64,000 bases of DNA from Phyllobacteriaceae bacterium (GCA_016711085.1 JADJTR010000005.1:230727-294726); one strand, 5' to 3'; shown: positions 49,057-60,060, counted from the stretch's first letter. Notes: generated from the sequence alone by a model not told the origin. Made by a program: numbers and translations.

Positions 49057-49947
49057 TCAGCTCCGCTTCAGCTTCGGGTCGAGCGCGTCGCGCAGGCCGT
49101 CGCCCATCAGATTGATGGCGACGACGGTGATCAGGATGGCGAGGCCGGGAAACGCCATGACATGCGGGTGCGAGACGATCAGGTCGCGCGAATCGGCCAG
49201 CATCGAGCCCCATTCCGGCGTCGGCGGCTGCGCGCCGAGGCCGAGAAAGCCGAGGCCGGCGGCTTCGAGGATGGCGTCGGATACGCCGAGCGCCGCCTGC
49301 ACGATCAGCGGCGCCATGCAGTTCGGCAGCACGGTGCGCATCATCAGCCGGAACGGCCCGACGCCGGCGACTTTCGCCGCCGTCACGTAATCCTTCGACA
49401 GTTCCGCCAGTGCCGAGGCGCGCACGAGACGCACATAGCGCGGCAGATAGACGACGGTAACGGCGATGATGGTGTTGGTCAGGCTTGGCGACAGGATCGC
49501 CATGATCAGGATTGCCAGCACCAGGCTGGGAATCGACATGATCAAATCCATCACCCGCAGCACCGCCACGTCATAGAGGCCGCCGAACCACGCCGCCGAA
49601 AGTCCGAGCGCCACGCCGACGACGATGGAGACAAGCATCACCATCAGGCCGATGAACAGCGACACACGCGCGCCGTGGATCAGGCGCGAGAGCATGTCGC
49701 GGCCGAGCGCATCAGTGCCGAGCAGGAATTGCCAATCGCCCTTTTCCGTCCATGCCGGCGGCCGTTTGGTGAAGTCGCGGAACTGCTCGATCGGATCGTG
49801 CGGCGCGATGAAATCGGCGAAGATGGCGACCAGCGCGATGAAGACGACGATCGACAGGCCGATGACCGCGCCGCGATTTTCGCGAAATGCGCGCCAGAAC
49901 GCCAGCAATTCCGAGGGCGGCGGCGCCGCGACCGATTCAACCGCCAT
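49057..49947 (-). CDS. dppC: dipeptide ABC transporter permease
   Basis: 296-aa ORF with a DppC-like N-terminus (FWRAFRENRGAVIGL...) and an ABC type-1 TM domain. Overlaps the dppB end. Confidence 0.85.
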   Translation of the reverse strand: MAVESVAAPPPSELLAFWRAFRENRGAVIGLSIVVFIALVAIFADFIAPHDPIEQFRDFTKRPPAWTEKGDWQFLLGTDALGRDMLSRLIHGARVSLFIGLMVMLVSIVVGVALGLSAAWFGGLYDVAVLRVMDLIMSIPSLVLAILIMAILSPSLTNTIIAVTVVYLPRYVRLVRASALAELSKDYVTAAKVAGVGPFRLMMRTVLPNCMAPLIVQAALGVSDAILEAAGLGFLGLGAQPPTPEWGSMLADSRDLIVSHPHVMAFPGLAILITVVAINLMGDGLRDALDPKLKRS

Positions 49948-50950
49948 GGCAGATCCTCGGATTGATGAGGCCGTAGAGCAGGTCGACGGCGAGATTGACC
50001 AGAATGACCATGGTCGAGATAAGCATGATGCCGCCCTGCAGCGCCGGATAGTCGCGTCTGCCGATCGATTCGATCAGCCATTTGCCGACGCCCGGCCACG
50101 AAAAGATCGTCTCGGTCAGCACCGCGCCGGCAAGCAGGGTGCCGGTCTGCAGGCCGATGACGGTGACGACCGGAATGAGCGCGTTGCGCAGCGCATGCAC
50201 GCCGACCACCCGCGCCGCCGACAGTCCTTTGGCGCGCGCCGTGCGCACATAGTCCTCGCCGAGGATTTCCAGCATCGAGGACCGCGTCATGCGCGCGATG
50301 ACCGCGAGCGGGACGGTGCCGAGCACGATCATCGGCAGGATCAGATGACGCACGGCATCGAGGAAGGCCCCTTTTTGACCGGACAGCACGGAATCGATCA
50401 GCATGAAGCCGGTGACCGGCTGGAAGTAGTATTTGATGAGGTCGATGCGGCCCGAAACCGGCGTCAGCCCGAGCGTATTGGACATCACCAGGATGAGCAG
50501 CAGTCCCCACCAGAAGATCGGCATCGAATAGCCGGTGAGCGCCAACCCCATCAATGTCTGGTCGGCGACGCCGCCCCGCCGCGTCGCGGCATAGACGCCG
50601 GCGGGGATGCCGAGCGCGATGGCGAACGTCATGGCGCAGATGGTCAATTCGAGCGTGGCGGGAAAAAGCTTGATGAATTCGTCGAGGATTGGCGTTCGCG
50701 AAACGATCGATACGCCGAAATCGCCGTTCAGGATTCCCCACACATAGTCGAGAAACTGCTTGAGAACCGGTTGGTCGAGGCCCATTTCGTGGCGCAGCTG
50801 TTCCAGCCGTTCGGGCGTGATGCCGCGCTCCCCGCGCCGCACCTCGATCGGATCGCCCGGAACCAGGCGGATCATCAGGAAAGTGACGAGCATCAAGGCG
50901 AGAAAAGTCGGGAGCGTCAGCGCCAAGCGCTTGAGCAGGAACCGGAACAT
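49937..50950 (-). CDS. dppB: dipeptide ABC transporter permease
   Basis: 337-aa ORF. MFRFLLKRLALTLPTFLALMLVTFLMIRLVPGDP...YVRTARAKGL...RDYPALQGG reads nearly collinear with E. coli DppB. Confidence 0.9.
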   Translation of the reverse strand: MFRFLLKRLALTLPTFLALMLVTFLMIRLVPGDPIEVRRGERGITPERLEQLRHEMGLDQPVLKQFLDYVWGILNGDFGVSIVSRTPILDEFIKLFPATLELTICAMTFAIALGIPAGVYAATRRGGVADQTLMGLALTGYSMPIFWWGLLLILVMSNTLGLTPVSGRIDLIKYYFQPVTGFMLIDSVLSGQKGAFLDAVRHLILPMIVLGTVPLAVIARMTRSSMLEILGEDYVRTARAKGLSAARVVGVHALRNALIPVVTVIGLQTGTLLAGAVLTETIFSWPGVGKWLIESIGRRDYPALQGGIMLISTMVILVNLAVDLLYGLINPRICHGG

Positions 50951-51000
50951 CGCGCGGAAGCAAGTCGGGGGCAGCTAACGGCCGCCCCCGACTCTGGACC

Positions 51001-52593
51001 TTATTCGGCCACGTCCACGTTCTGGAACTCATGAGCGCCGAACGGGCTGATCTTGTAGCCCGAGACCGATTTGCGCGTCGGTTCGAACACCGTCGAATGG
51101 GCGATGTTCAGCCACGCCACGCCATCATGGTGCAGCTTCTGCATCTCCTGATAGATCTTGGTGCGCTCCGCCATGTCGGTCGAAGAACGCGCCTTGAGCA
51201 TCAGCTCGTTGAATTTGGGATCGCACCATTTGGAGATGTTCTGGCCCGCCGGCTTTCCGTCCTTGTCGCAACCGGCAAGGAAGAAGAAATTATCCGGATC
51301 GCCATTGTCGCCCGTCCAGCCGAGGAGGCCGAGCTGGTGTTCGCCCGCCTGCAGGCGCTTGCGATACTCGCCCCACTCGAAGGATACGAGCGTCGCGGTT
51401 AGGCCAACCTTGGCCAGGTCCGACTGCATCATCTCGGCGATGCGCTTGGCGTTCGGGTTGTAGGGACGCTGGACCGGCATCCACCAGATATCGGTGGCGA
51501 GGCCTTCGGCGACCCCGGCCGCCTTCAGAATTTCCTTGGCCTTCTCGGGATTATACTCGTAGTCGACCGTCGCCTCGTCATAGGACCACATGGTCGGCGG
51601 GATCGGATTCTTGGCCTTCTGACCAGCGCCCTGATAGACCTCCTTCAGGATCGCGTCGCGGTCGATCGCCATGGCGATGGCCTGGCGCACTTCCGGCTTG
51701 TCGAAGGGAGGCTTCTGGGCGTTCATCGACAGATAGCCGATGTTGAGGCCGGCCTGGCTCATCAGATTGACGTCCGGATCCTTGCCCATCGCCTCCAGAT
51801 CCGCCGGGTTCGGCGCGATCATCACCTGGCACTCATTCGCCTTGAGCTTGGCATAACGCGCCGTCGGATCGGGCGTTATGGCGTAAATCAGGTCATCGAC
51901 TTTCGGCTTGCCCGCCCAGCCTTCAAAAGCCTTGTAGCGTATCACCGCGTCCTTCTGGTAGTCGACGAACTGGAAGGAACCGGTGCCGACCGGCATTTGG
52001 TCGAATTGCTCCGGCGTGCCCTTGTCCATCAGAAACTTGGCATACTCTGCCGAATGGATTGTGGCGAAATCCATCGCCAGATTGGCGATGATCGGCGCGT
52101 TCGGAGCCTTGAGTTTCATCACCACCGTCAGATCGTCGGTTTTGGTGATCGAGTCGAGCGAATCGGGCATCCCCATGTCATTGAAATAGTCGTAGGCGCC
52201 GCCGGAAACCTTGGCGTAGGGATGGTCAGCCTTCCACTGGCGCTCGAATGACCAGATCACGTCGTCGGCCGTCAGATCGCGCGACGGGGTGAAGCCGTTG
52301 ACTCCGGAATGGAATTTCACGCCGGCGCGCAGCTTGAAGGTGATGGTCAGTCCGTCTTCGGAAATCGTGAACGATTCGGCGAGAGCCGGTTTGGGCGTGG
52401 TGCTGCCCGGTTCGAACTGCACAAGCTTGTTGTAGACGGGGCGCGCGGCGTCGAGCGACGTTCCGGTCGTGTTCATCGACGGACTGAAGTTCTCCGGCGA
52501 ACCTTCCGAGCAGTATGCCAGTGACTTGGCGCTGGCGGCGCCGCTCAATGCCGTTGCGGCGAGCAGGGCGGCGGCGAACATCGTTTTCTTCAT
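51001..52593 (-). CDS. dppA: dipeptide/peptide ABC transporter substrate-binding protein (family 5)
   Basis: ORF 51001..52647, with the start at MKKTMFAAALLAATALSGAASA (52593, signal peptide). Family-5 SBP length and segments. Confidence 0.8.
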   Translation of the reverse strand: MKKTMFAAALLAATALSGAASAKSLAYCSEGSPENFSPSMNTTGTSLDAARPVYNKLVQFEPGSTTPKPALAESFTISEDGLTITFKLRAGVKFHSGVNGFTPSRDLTADDVIWSFERQWKADHPYAKVSGGAYDYFNDMGMPDSLDSITKTDDLTVVMKLKAPNAPIIANLAMDFATIHSAEYAKFLMDKGTPEQFDQMPVGTGSFQFVDYQKDAVIRYKAFEGWAGKPKVDDLIYAITPDPTARYAKLKANECQVMIAPNPADLEAMGKDPDVNLMSQAGLNIGYLSMNAQKPPFDKPEVRQAIAMAIDRDAILKEVYQGAGQKAKNPIPPTMWSYDEATVDYEYNPEKAKEILKAAGVAEGLATDIWWMPVQRPYNPNAKRIAEMMQSDLAKVGLTATLVSFEWGEYRKRLQAGEHQLGLLGWTGDNGDPDNFFFLAGCDKDGKPAGQNISKWCDPKFNELMLKARSSTDMAERTKIYQEMQKLHHDGVAWLNIAHSTVFEPTRKSVSGYKISPFGAHEFQNVDVAE

Positions 52594-52805
52594 GGTGGAA
52601 ACACTCCCTGAAAATGGCGGCCCGCTTCGTTTGGACCGTCTGGTCAAATCTAATCACCGATTCTCGCGCTTGGGAATGGGGGGCGAAAAAACTCATCGGC
52701 TTCCGTTCGGTCAGTGTTCGGAGCCAGTTGCGTCCTCGATGACGGACTCGTAGTCTTTGGTCACATTTCGCCAAAAAATGGCGACTGAACGGGCGGGAGG
52801 ATGCC

Positions 52806-54662
52806 ATGGCCAAGGAAACCACGAAAACACCGGCAAAAGGATCGACAGCGAAGGCGCCGGCCGCCAAGCCGGTGAAAGCTGCGACCAAGGTCGCGCCGTC
52901 CAAGGCGGCCGCGCCAGCCAAGTCCGCGAATGCGGCCCCGGCCGCGGCGCCGTCCAAAGCGCCGGCAAAGCCGGCTCCGGCCGCCCGCCCGACTGCCACT
53001 TCAAAGCCCTGGCTCGCCTCCTATCCCAAAGGAATGCCCGCCGATCTCCCCAAGCCGGAATTCGCCTCGATCGGCGACATGATGATCGCCGCCTGCCGAA
53101 AATATTCGAGCCGCACCGCCTTCACCATGATGGGGCACGGCATGAGTTTCGCCGAACTCGATCGTCACTCCGCGGCGCTTGCCGGCTATTTCCAGTCGCG
53201 CGGCATCGCCAAGGGCGCGCGCGTCGCGGTGATGATGCCGAATGTCCTGCAGTATCCGATCACCGTCATGGCGATCTTGCGCGCCGGTTATTCGGTGGTC
53301 AACGTCAACCCGCTCTACACGCCGCGCGAACTTGAACACCAATTGAAGGATTCCGGCGCCGAAGCCATCGTCATTCTTGAAAATTTCGCCACCACATTGC
53401 AGGCTGTTCTCGCCAAAACGGCGGTCAAGCATGTCGTCGTCGCCGCGATGGGCGACATGCTCGGCTTGAAGGGCCTGATCGTCAATCTCGTCGTTCGCCG
53501 CGTCAAGAAGATGGTGCCGGCTTGGTCATTGCCCGGCCATGTCGGATTCAAGGCGGCGCTCGGCGAAGGCGCGAAGCACGGCGCAAAAGACGTGAAGAGC
53601 GGCCCCGACGATGTCGCCTTCCTGCAGTATACCGGCGGCACCACCGGCGTGTCGAAAGGCGCAACGCTGCTCCATCGCAACATTCTTGCCAATGTCGCCC
53701 AGAACGCCCTGTGGATCGAGGAAGCCTATACCGTCAAGAAGCGGCCCGATATCCAGACCTTTGTTTGTTGCCTGCCGCTCTACCACATCTTCGCGTTGAC
53801 CGTGAACATGATGATGGGCATGCAGCAGGGGGCGAACAACATCCTCATCCCCAATCCGCGCGACATTCCCGGCTTCGTCGCCGAGTTGCAGAAATACAAG
53901 ATCCACATCTTCCCCGGCCTGAACACGCTGTTCAACGCGCTCCTCAACAATGACGACTTCCGCAAACTTGATTTCGCCGAACTGGTGCTGACGCTCGGCG
54001 GCGGCATGGCCGTTCAGCGTCCTGTGGCCGAGCGTTGGAAAGAAATCACCGGTTGCAACATCGCCGAGGGCTACGGTCTGTCGGAAACGTCGCCGGTCGC
54101 CACCGCCAATGTGTTTTCCTCGAATTATTTCACCGGCACCATTGGCTTGCCGGTCCCCGGCACAGAGATCGCCATTCGCGATGACGACGGCAATGATTTG
54201 GCGCTGGGCGAAGTCGGCGAAATCTGCATCCGCGGCCCGCAGGTCATGGCCGGTTATTGGAACCGGCCGGACGAGTCGGCCAAGGTTTTCGCGCCGGACG
54301 GCTATTTCAAATCCGGCGACATGGGTTTCATGGACGACAAGGGCTTCACCAAGATCGTCGACCGCAAGAAGGACATGATCCTCGTCTCCGGTTTCAACGT
54401 CTATCCGAACGAACTCGAGGAAGTCCTGGCCAAGCACCCGGGCGTAATGGAGGCTGCCGCCATCGGCGTGCCGGACGAAAAATCGGGCGAGGTGCCGAAG
54501 CTGTTCATCGTGCGCAAGGACCCGAATCTCACTACCGCCGATGTGATGGAATACTGCAAGCAGAACCTCACCGGCTACAAATGCCCGAAATATATCGAAT
54601 TCCGCAATGATTTGCCGAAATCGAACGTCGGCAAGATCCTGCGGCGCGAACTGCGCGGGTAG
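52806..54662 (+). CDS. fadD: long-chain-fatty-acid--CoA ligase with an Ala/Lys/Pro-rich N-terminal tail
   Basis: AMP-binding motif LQYTGGTTGVSKGA, plus GYGLSETSP and PKSNVGKILRREL. RBS GGGAGG lies before ATG 52806. The first ~65 residues are KAPAAKPVKAATKVAPSKAAAPAK-type low complexity, ahead of the conserved WLASYP start. Confidence 0.85.
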   Translation: MAKETTKTPAKGSTAKAPAAKPVKAATKVAPSKAAAPAKSANAAPAAAPSKAPAKPAPAARPTATSKPWLASYPKGMPADLPKPEFASIGDMMIAACRKYSSRTAFTMMGHGMSFAELDRHSAALAGYFQSRGIAKGARVAVMMPNVLQYPITVMAILRAGYSVVNVNPLYTPRELEHQLKDSGAEAIVILENFATTLQAVLAKTAVKHVVVAAMGDMLGLKGLIVNLVVRRVKKMVPAWSLPGHVGFKAALGEGAKHGAKDVKSGPDDVAFLQYTGGTTGVSKGATLLHRNILANVAQNALWIEEAYTVKKRPDIQTFVCCLPLYHIFALTVNMMMGMQQGANNILIPNPRDIPGFVAELQKYKIHIFPGLNTLFNALLNNDDFRKLDFAELVLTLGGGMAVQRPVAERWKEITGCNIAEGYGLSETSPVATANVFSSNYFTGTIGLPVPGTEIAIRDDDGNDLALGEVGEICIRGPQVMAGYWNRPDESAKVFAPDGYFKSGDMGFMDDKGFTKIVDRKKDMILVSGFNVYPNELEEVLAKHPGVMEAAAIGVPDEKSGEVPKLFIVRKDPNLTTADVMEYCKQNLTGYKCPKYIEFRNDLPKSNVGKILRRELRG

Positions 54663-54665
54663 AAA

Positions 54666-55379
54666 TCAGCGCCTGTCGGCAAGCCACGCCGGCAGGTCGC
54701 CGACCGAATCGAGCACGACATCGGCGAGCGGCGCGAGATTTTCACGCGTGCCGTTGCCGGACAGTACACCCACCGAAAGTCCGGCGCCTGCGGCGCGAGC
54801 CATTTCGAGATCATGGGCGTTGTCGCCGACGACCGCGACTTCCTTCGGCGTCACCCCTGCCCGCTTGGCGAAAAGTATGCACGGATCGGCGGCCGGCTTG
54901 GGATTGTCCACCGCATCGTAGCCGAGCGCGGCGACGAACAGGTCGGCGACGCCGAACGCTTCGAGCGTGCGTTTGGCTCCGGCGGTGGAATCGTTGGTGG
55001 CAAGCCCGATGGCGAATCCGGCCGCGTGCAGCGCCCTCACCGCATCGACCGCGCCCGGCAGCGCCACGGCGCGCTCGGCGACCCCGGCAGTCTTGCGGTC
55101 GGTCTCCGCCACCAGAGAGCGCAGCGGTTCGCCGTCGAGATGGGGATGGAAGTGCTTGACCACCTCGGCATTGGTGCCGGCGGCGAAGACCGAACCGGAA
55201 CGAAACCGGTTTTCGTCCTCGTCATAGCCCCCCTCGCGCAACAACAGATCGGCCCGGCCCATGTCGCCGTCCGCGGCCGACAGCGCCAGATCGCGGGCGA
55301 ATCCGAGCCAGGTCGCGTTGAAATCGAGCAGCGTGCCGTCCTTGTCGAAAAGGATCGCCCTGATGCGGTGACCGCTCAT
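54666..55379 (-). CDS. HAD-superfamily hydrolase (phosphoglycolate-phosphatase-like)
   Basis: 237-aa ORF with motif [12 protein letters not shown] and motif III/IV GDNAHD. ATGA overlap with the pgi stop. Confidence 0.75.
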   Translation of the reverse strand: MSGHRIRAILFDKDGTLLDFNATWLGFARDLALSAADGDMGRADLLLREGGYDEDENRFRSGSVFAAGTNAEVVKHFHPHLDGEPLRSLVAETDRKTAGVAERAVALPGAVDAVRALHAAGFAIGLATNDSTAGAKRTLEAFGVADLFVAALGYDAVDNPKPAADPCILFAKRAGVTPKEVAVVGDNAHDLEMARAAGAGLSVGVLSGNGTRENLAPLADVVLDSVGDLPAWLADRR

Positions 55380-57021
55380 GCCTGCCGCCTCAAATCGTGG
55401 ATATGCGCGATCAACCCGACGGTTGACCCGTCATGCGCCGACGCCGCCTCGCAGCCCTCGACGGCCGCCTGCAGGCCTGTCGCCAATTCCTTGCCGAGTT
55501 CGACGCCCCACTGATCGAAGGCGTTGATATCGAACAGCGTCGCCTCGACGAAAACACGGTGCTCGTAGAGCGCGATCAGCCGGCCGAGCGCGAAGGGATC
55601 GAGCTTGCGATGGACAATGGCGATCGATGGCCGGCTGCCGGGAAAGACCCGGTGCGGCGCCAGCGCCTCGGCCTCGCTCGCGGCCATGCCTTTCGCCGTC
55701 AATTGCGCCAGCGCCTCGGCGCGCGTGCGCCCGCGCATCAACGCTTCGGCTTGCGCCAGGCAATTGGCGAGCAGCAGATCGTGCTGGTGCTTGAGCGCCG
55801 GCTCGTGGCCTTCGGCCGCGACGATGAATTCGACCGGAATGACGTCCGTGCCCTGGTGCAGGAATTGAAAGAAGGCGTGCTGGCCGTTGGTGCCGGGCCG
55901 CCCCAGACCAGCGGGCCGGTCGGCGTCGCCGTCGGCAACCCGTCGACGGTGACGCCCTTGCCGTTCGATTCCATGTCGAGCTGCTGTAAATAGGCCGGCA
56001 ATCTTGCCAGCCTTTGGTCGTAGGGAATGACGGCGCGCGCACCGTGGCCGCAGACGGCGCGATGCCAGAATCCGACCAGGCCGAGCAGCATCGGCAGATT
56101 GTCGCCAATCGGCGCGGAGCGGAAATGCCCGTCCATCGCTCGCCCGCCCGCCAGCATCGCTGCGAAATGATCGGGCCCGATCGCGATCATCACCGGCAGA
56201 CCGATGGCCGACCAGAGCGAATAGCGCCCGCCGACCCAATCCCAGAAGCCGAAGACGCGGTCGGCGGCGATGCCGAAGGCGGCGACCTTGTCGAGCGCCG
56301 TCGACACGGCGGCGAAATGAGCGCCGACCGCCGCTTCGCCGAGCGCGCCGGCGATCCAGCGCCGCGCCGTCGCCGCATTGGTCATCGTTTCAATGGTGGT
56401 GAAGGTCTTGGATGCAACGATGAACAGCGTCGTCGCCGGATCGAGCCATTTCAGCGTGTCGGCAATATGGGCGCCGTCGACATTGGAGACGAAATGCAGG
56501 CGCGGACCGTCGTGGTACGGCGCCAACGCCAATGTCGCCATCGCCGGCCCGAGATCGGAACCGCCGATGCCGATATTGACGACGTCGGTGATGGCAAGCC
56601 CGGTCGCGCCGCGCGCCGCGCCGGAACGCAACTTTTCGGAAAAGTCGCTCATGCGCCCGAGCACATGGCGCACGGCCGGCATCACATCCTCGCCTTCGAC
56701 CATGACCGCCGCGTCCGGGCCGGCGCGCAGCGCCGTGTGCAGCACGGCGCGGTTCTCGGTCACGTTGATTTTTTCGCCAGCGAACATGGCGTCGCGTTTC
56801 GTCTCGACCTCGGCTGCGACAGCCAGATCGACCAGCAGCGCCAGCGTTTCGCCACTCACCGCGCATTTGGAGACATCGAGCAACAAATCGTCGAAACGAC
56901 GCGAAAGGTCGGCGAAGCGGCCCGGATCCGAGGCGAAGGCTTCGCGCATGTCTTTCGGCGCGGTCGTGGCCCGATGCTCCCAAAGGCGGGACAGGGCGGC
57001 GGAAAAGGCGCTTCGGTTCAT
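55376..57021 (-). pseudogene. pgi: glucose-6-phosphate isomerase, frame broken once
   Basis: ORF 55738..57408 from [10 protein letters not shown] (57021) carries [14 protein letters not shown] and ...DMESNGKGV...GPLVWG. The rest ([24 protein letters not shown]...[11 protein letters not shown]) is in ORF 55376..56239. A 1-nt slip lies near 55893-55903. Confidence 0.85.
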
Positions 57022-57137
57022 CGTCGCTCCGGTCGGTTTTCCCTGTCGCTTTCGCGCACTTGCCAGCCATTCGGTCCGGGTATTGTCTCTACGGCAACAG
57101 CCCGGATGGGCAAGCAAAAATTGCCGCGGAGGGGCGC

Positions 57138-58727
57138 ATGGTCGACAATGCAAATGGTGGGGAAACAGCGGCGTCATCCGGCCCGTCGCGCCGTTCCGGC
57201 GGCCGCGAGGCGCGCCGCGCAGCCCGTTCGGCGCCGCTTTCCGACGAATTGAAGCCGGTGCGCCCAGGTCTGGAAGGCGGGCGCTACAGGCCGTTGTCAG
57301 ACGCCGATGTCGGCCGCATCCATGAGGCGGCCCTCGATCTGCTTGAGCGGTTGGGCTTCGGCGCCGCCCCGGCCTCGACGATCGCCGCCTGCGCCAAGGT
57401 CGGCGCACTCCACGGCGACGACGGGCGGCTGCGCTTTCCCCGCGCCGTCGTCGAAAACGCCATCGCTAACGCCGGCCGCGACATCACGCTTTACGGCCAG
57501 GACCCGCGTCACGATATGCAGATATCCGGCGCGCGCGTTCACTACGGCACCGCTGGCGCCGCGGTGCATGTCGTCGACGTGGAAAAACGCGAATACCGCG
57601 AATCGCAGCTTCAGGACCTCTATGACGCCGCCCGCATCGTCGACGTCATGGACAACATCCATTTCTTCCAGCGCACCATGGTGCCGCGCGACATACCCGA
57701 TCCTTTCGACATGGATTTGAACACGCTCTATGCGGCGGTATCCGGCACCACCAAGCATGTCGGCACCTCGTTCACCCATCGCGATCATGTCGGCCCGGCG
57801 CTGGACATGCTCTACGCCATCGCTGGCGGCGAGGACGCGTTTCGCGCCCGCCCCTTCGTCTCCAATTCCAACTGCTTCGTCGTGCCGCCGATGAAATACG
57901 CCGAGGACGCCTGCGGCGTGCTCGAAGCCTGCGTCGAGGGCGGCATTCCGATCCTGCTGCTGTCGGCCGGCCAGGCGGGCGCGACCGCCCCGGCCTCGAT
58001 CGCCGGCGCCGTGGTGCAGGCCGTCGCCGAGGTTCTGGCCGGCTTCGTCTATGTCAATGCGCTGAAACCCGGCCATCCGGCGATATTCGGAACCTGGCCG
58101 TTCGTGTCCGACCTGCGCACCGGCGCCATGTCGGGCGGTTCGGGCGAACAGGCTTTGCTCACCGCCGCCTGCGCCCAGATGGCGCTGTTTTACAATCTGC
58201 CCGGCGGGTCCGCCGCCGGCATGGCCGATGCGAAACTGCCCGATGTCCAGTCCGGCTATGAAAAGGGCATTACCGACGTGATGGCCGGGCTTTCCGGCCT
58301 CAACCTCGTCTACGAGGCGGCGGGCATGCATGCTTCGCTGCTCGGGTTTTCGCTCGAAAGCCTGATCATCGACAACGACATGCTCGGCCAGTGCCTGCGC
58401 TGCGTGCGCGGCATCGACATGTCGGAGGAAGCGCTGTCGGTCGACACGATCATCGATGTCTGCGTCAACGGTCCCGGCCACTATCTCGGCCACGAGCAGA
58501 CATTGGCGCGCATGCAGCGGGATTATTTCTATCCCGCGCTCGGCGACCGTTCGAGCCCGAAGGAATGGGTGGAAAAAGGCCGGCCCGATATCGTGGCCCG
58601 CGCTGTCGCCGAAAAGCGCCGAATCCTGACGACGCATTTCCCCGTCCATGTGACCGAAGCGCTCGACCGCGAACTGCGCTCCCGCTTCCCGGCAATCAGG
58701 CTGCCGCGCGCCGCCATGACGGCATAA
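57138..58727 (+). CDS. MttB-family methyltransferase (no in-frame amber; non-pyrrolysine type)
   Basis: ORF 57060..58727, with the start at MVDNANGG (57138) after GGAGGGG. The family call rests on overall MttB-like length and segments ([35 protein letters not shown]). Confidence 0.7.
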   Translation: MVDNANGGETAASSGPSRRSGGREARRAARSAPLSDELKPVRPGLEGGRYRPLSDADVGRIHEAALDLLERLGFGAAPASTIAACAKVGALHGDDGRLRFPRAVVENAIANAGRDITLYGQDPRHDMQISGARVHYGTAGAAVHVVDVEKREYRESQLQDLYDAARIVDVMDNIHFFQRTMVPRDIPDPFDMDLNTLYAAVSGTTKHVGTSFTHRDHVGPALDMLYAIAGGEDAFRARPFVSNSNCFVVPPMKYAEDACGVLEACVEGGIPILLLSAGQAGATAPASIAGAVVQAVAEVLAGFVYVNALKPGHPAIFGTWPFVSDLRTGAMSGGSGEQALLTAACAQMALFYNLPGGSAAGMADAKLPDVQSGYEKGITDVMAGLSGLNLVYEAAGMHASLLGFSLESLIIDNDMLGQCLRCVRGIDMSEEALSVDTIIDVCVNGPGHYLGHEQTLARMQRDYFYPALGDRSSPKEWVEKGRPDIVARAVAEKRRILTTHFPVHVTEALDRELRSRFPAIRLPRAAMTA

Positions 58728-58822
58728 GCCGCCTTCGCCTTTCGCAGGGGGCACTTTTTGGCAATGGACACCCGGGCGAGCCGGCACTACCCATCGTGCG
58801 ACCAAGCGTGGAGGAGGAAGCC

Positions 58823-59266
58823 ATGGCCGTGGCAATGGATGGCGAGGAACGGATCGAGGCGTCGCTGATGCGCGTCTGGGAAGCGCTGAACGATCCCGAT
58901 ATCCTGAAAGCCTGCATACCGGGTTGCGAGACCCTGTCGATGTCGTCGCCGACCGTAATGGAAGCGACGGTCGTCCTGAAAATCGGCCCGATCAAGGCCA
59001 AGTTCAATGGCGCGGTCAATCTCACCAATCTGAACGCGCCGCATTCCTACACGATCATCGGCGAAGGCAAGGGCGGCGTCGCTGGCTTCGCCAAGGGCGG
59101 CGCCGACGTCACGCTGACGGCGGAAACCGAGGCGGTCACCGTGTTGCGCTACACGGCCAGGGCCGATGTCGGCGGCAAGATGGCCCAGCTCGGCAGCCGC
59201 CTGATCCAGTCGACCTCGAAGAAACTCGCCGGACAATTCTTCTCGGATTTCGCCAAGAAGGTCTGA
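58823..59266 (+). CDS. CoxG/SRPBCC-family protein
   Basis: Last 147 codons of ORF 58391..59266. ATG 58823 follows GGAGGAGG. ...VWEALNDPDILKACIPGCE...KIGPIKAKFNG...MAQLGSRLI is CoxG-like. Confidence 0.65.
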   Translation: MAVAMDGEERIEASLMRVWEALNDPDILKACIPGCETLSMSSPTVMEATVVLKIGPIKAKFNGAVNLTNLNAPHSYTIIGEGKGGVAGFAKGGADVTLTAETEAVTVLRYTARADVGGKMAQLGSRLIQSTSKKLAGQFFSDFAKKV

Positions 59267-59271
59267 CCTCG

Positions 59272-60060
59272 TCACGTCCGGCGGAAATCCGCCGGCCGCT
59301 TGGCCAGAAAGGCGCTCACACCCTCGACGAAATCGGGGCCAAAGCCGGCTTCGCGCTGCAGGTCGCGCTCGACCCGCACCTGCGTCTCCAGCGCGTTGCG
59401 CGAGGCCTCATGGATGGCGCGTTTGGTCAACGCCAGCGCCATCGCGGAAGACGCGGCGAGGCGCTCCGCCAGACGGGCGGTCTCCCCTTCCAGATCGGCG
59501 TCGTCGACGACCCTGTGAATTAACCCCCACGATTCGGCGGTCGCGGCCGGCAGCGGCTCGGCCAGCATGGCAAGCGCCTTGGCCCGCGCCTCGCCCAGAT
59601 GCCGCGTCAGCCACCAGGTGCCGCCGGCGTCGGGTATGAGGCCGATGCGGGCGAACGCCTGCAGGAAGGAAGCGGAACGTCCCGCGATGACGAAATCGGC
59701 GGCGAGGGCGAAATTCGCGCCCGCTCCGGCGGCAATGCCGTTGACCGACGCGATGATCGGTTTCGCCATGTCGCGCATCATCAAAATCAAAGGGTTGTAA
59801 GTCGTTTCCAGCGACGCGCCGAGATCGGGTCGACCGCCCGCGTCATCGAGTTCCCGCGCCGTCAGATCCTGGCCGGCGCAGAAACCGCGTCCCGCGCCGG
59901 TGACGACAATGGCGCGGCAGGAATCATCGTCGCGGCATTGCACCATGGCGGCGGCAATTCCGGCCAGCATGTCGGCGTTGAAGGCGTTCAGCCGTTCGGG
60001 ACGGTTCAGCGTGATGACGTGATAACCGTCGCGACGGTCGACAAGAACCGGATCGGTCAT
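59272..60060 (-). CDS. enoyl-CoA hydratase/isomerase family protein
   Basis: ORF 59272..60093, with the start at MTDPVLV (60060) after GGAGAG. Crotonase motifs ITLNRPERLNAF and VVTGAGRGFCAGQDL. Confidence 0.85.
   Translation of the reverse strand: MTDPVLVDRRDGYHVITLNRPERLNAFNADMLAGIAAAMVQCRDDDSCRAIVVTGAGRGFCAGQDLTARELDDAGGRPDLGASLETTYNPLILMMRDMAKPIIASVNGIAAGAGANFALAADFVIAGRSASFLQAFARIGLIPDAGGTWWLTRHLGEARAKALAMLAEPLPAATAESWGLIHRVVDDADLEGETARLAERLAASSAMALALTKRAIHEASRNALETQVRVERDLQREAGFGPDFVEGVSAFLAKRPADFRRT

Noticed and set aside
52226-52999. 257-aa reverse ORF upstream of and overlapping the fadD start
   Set aside because: It is the antisense reading of the Ala/Lys/Pro-rich fadD tail and of the dppA-fadD spacer. 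It is Ala/Gly-rich with low complexity and no RBS.
57138-58727. A pyrrolysine-encoding (amber read-through) MttB
   Set aside because: There is no in-frame TAG in the ORF and no pyl genes in the window.
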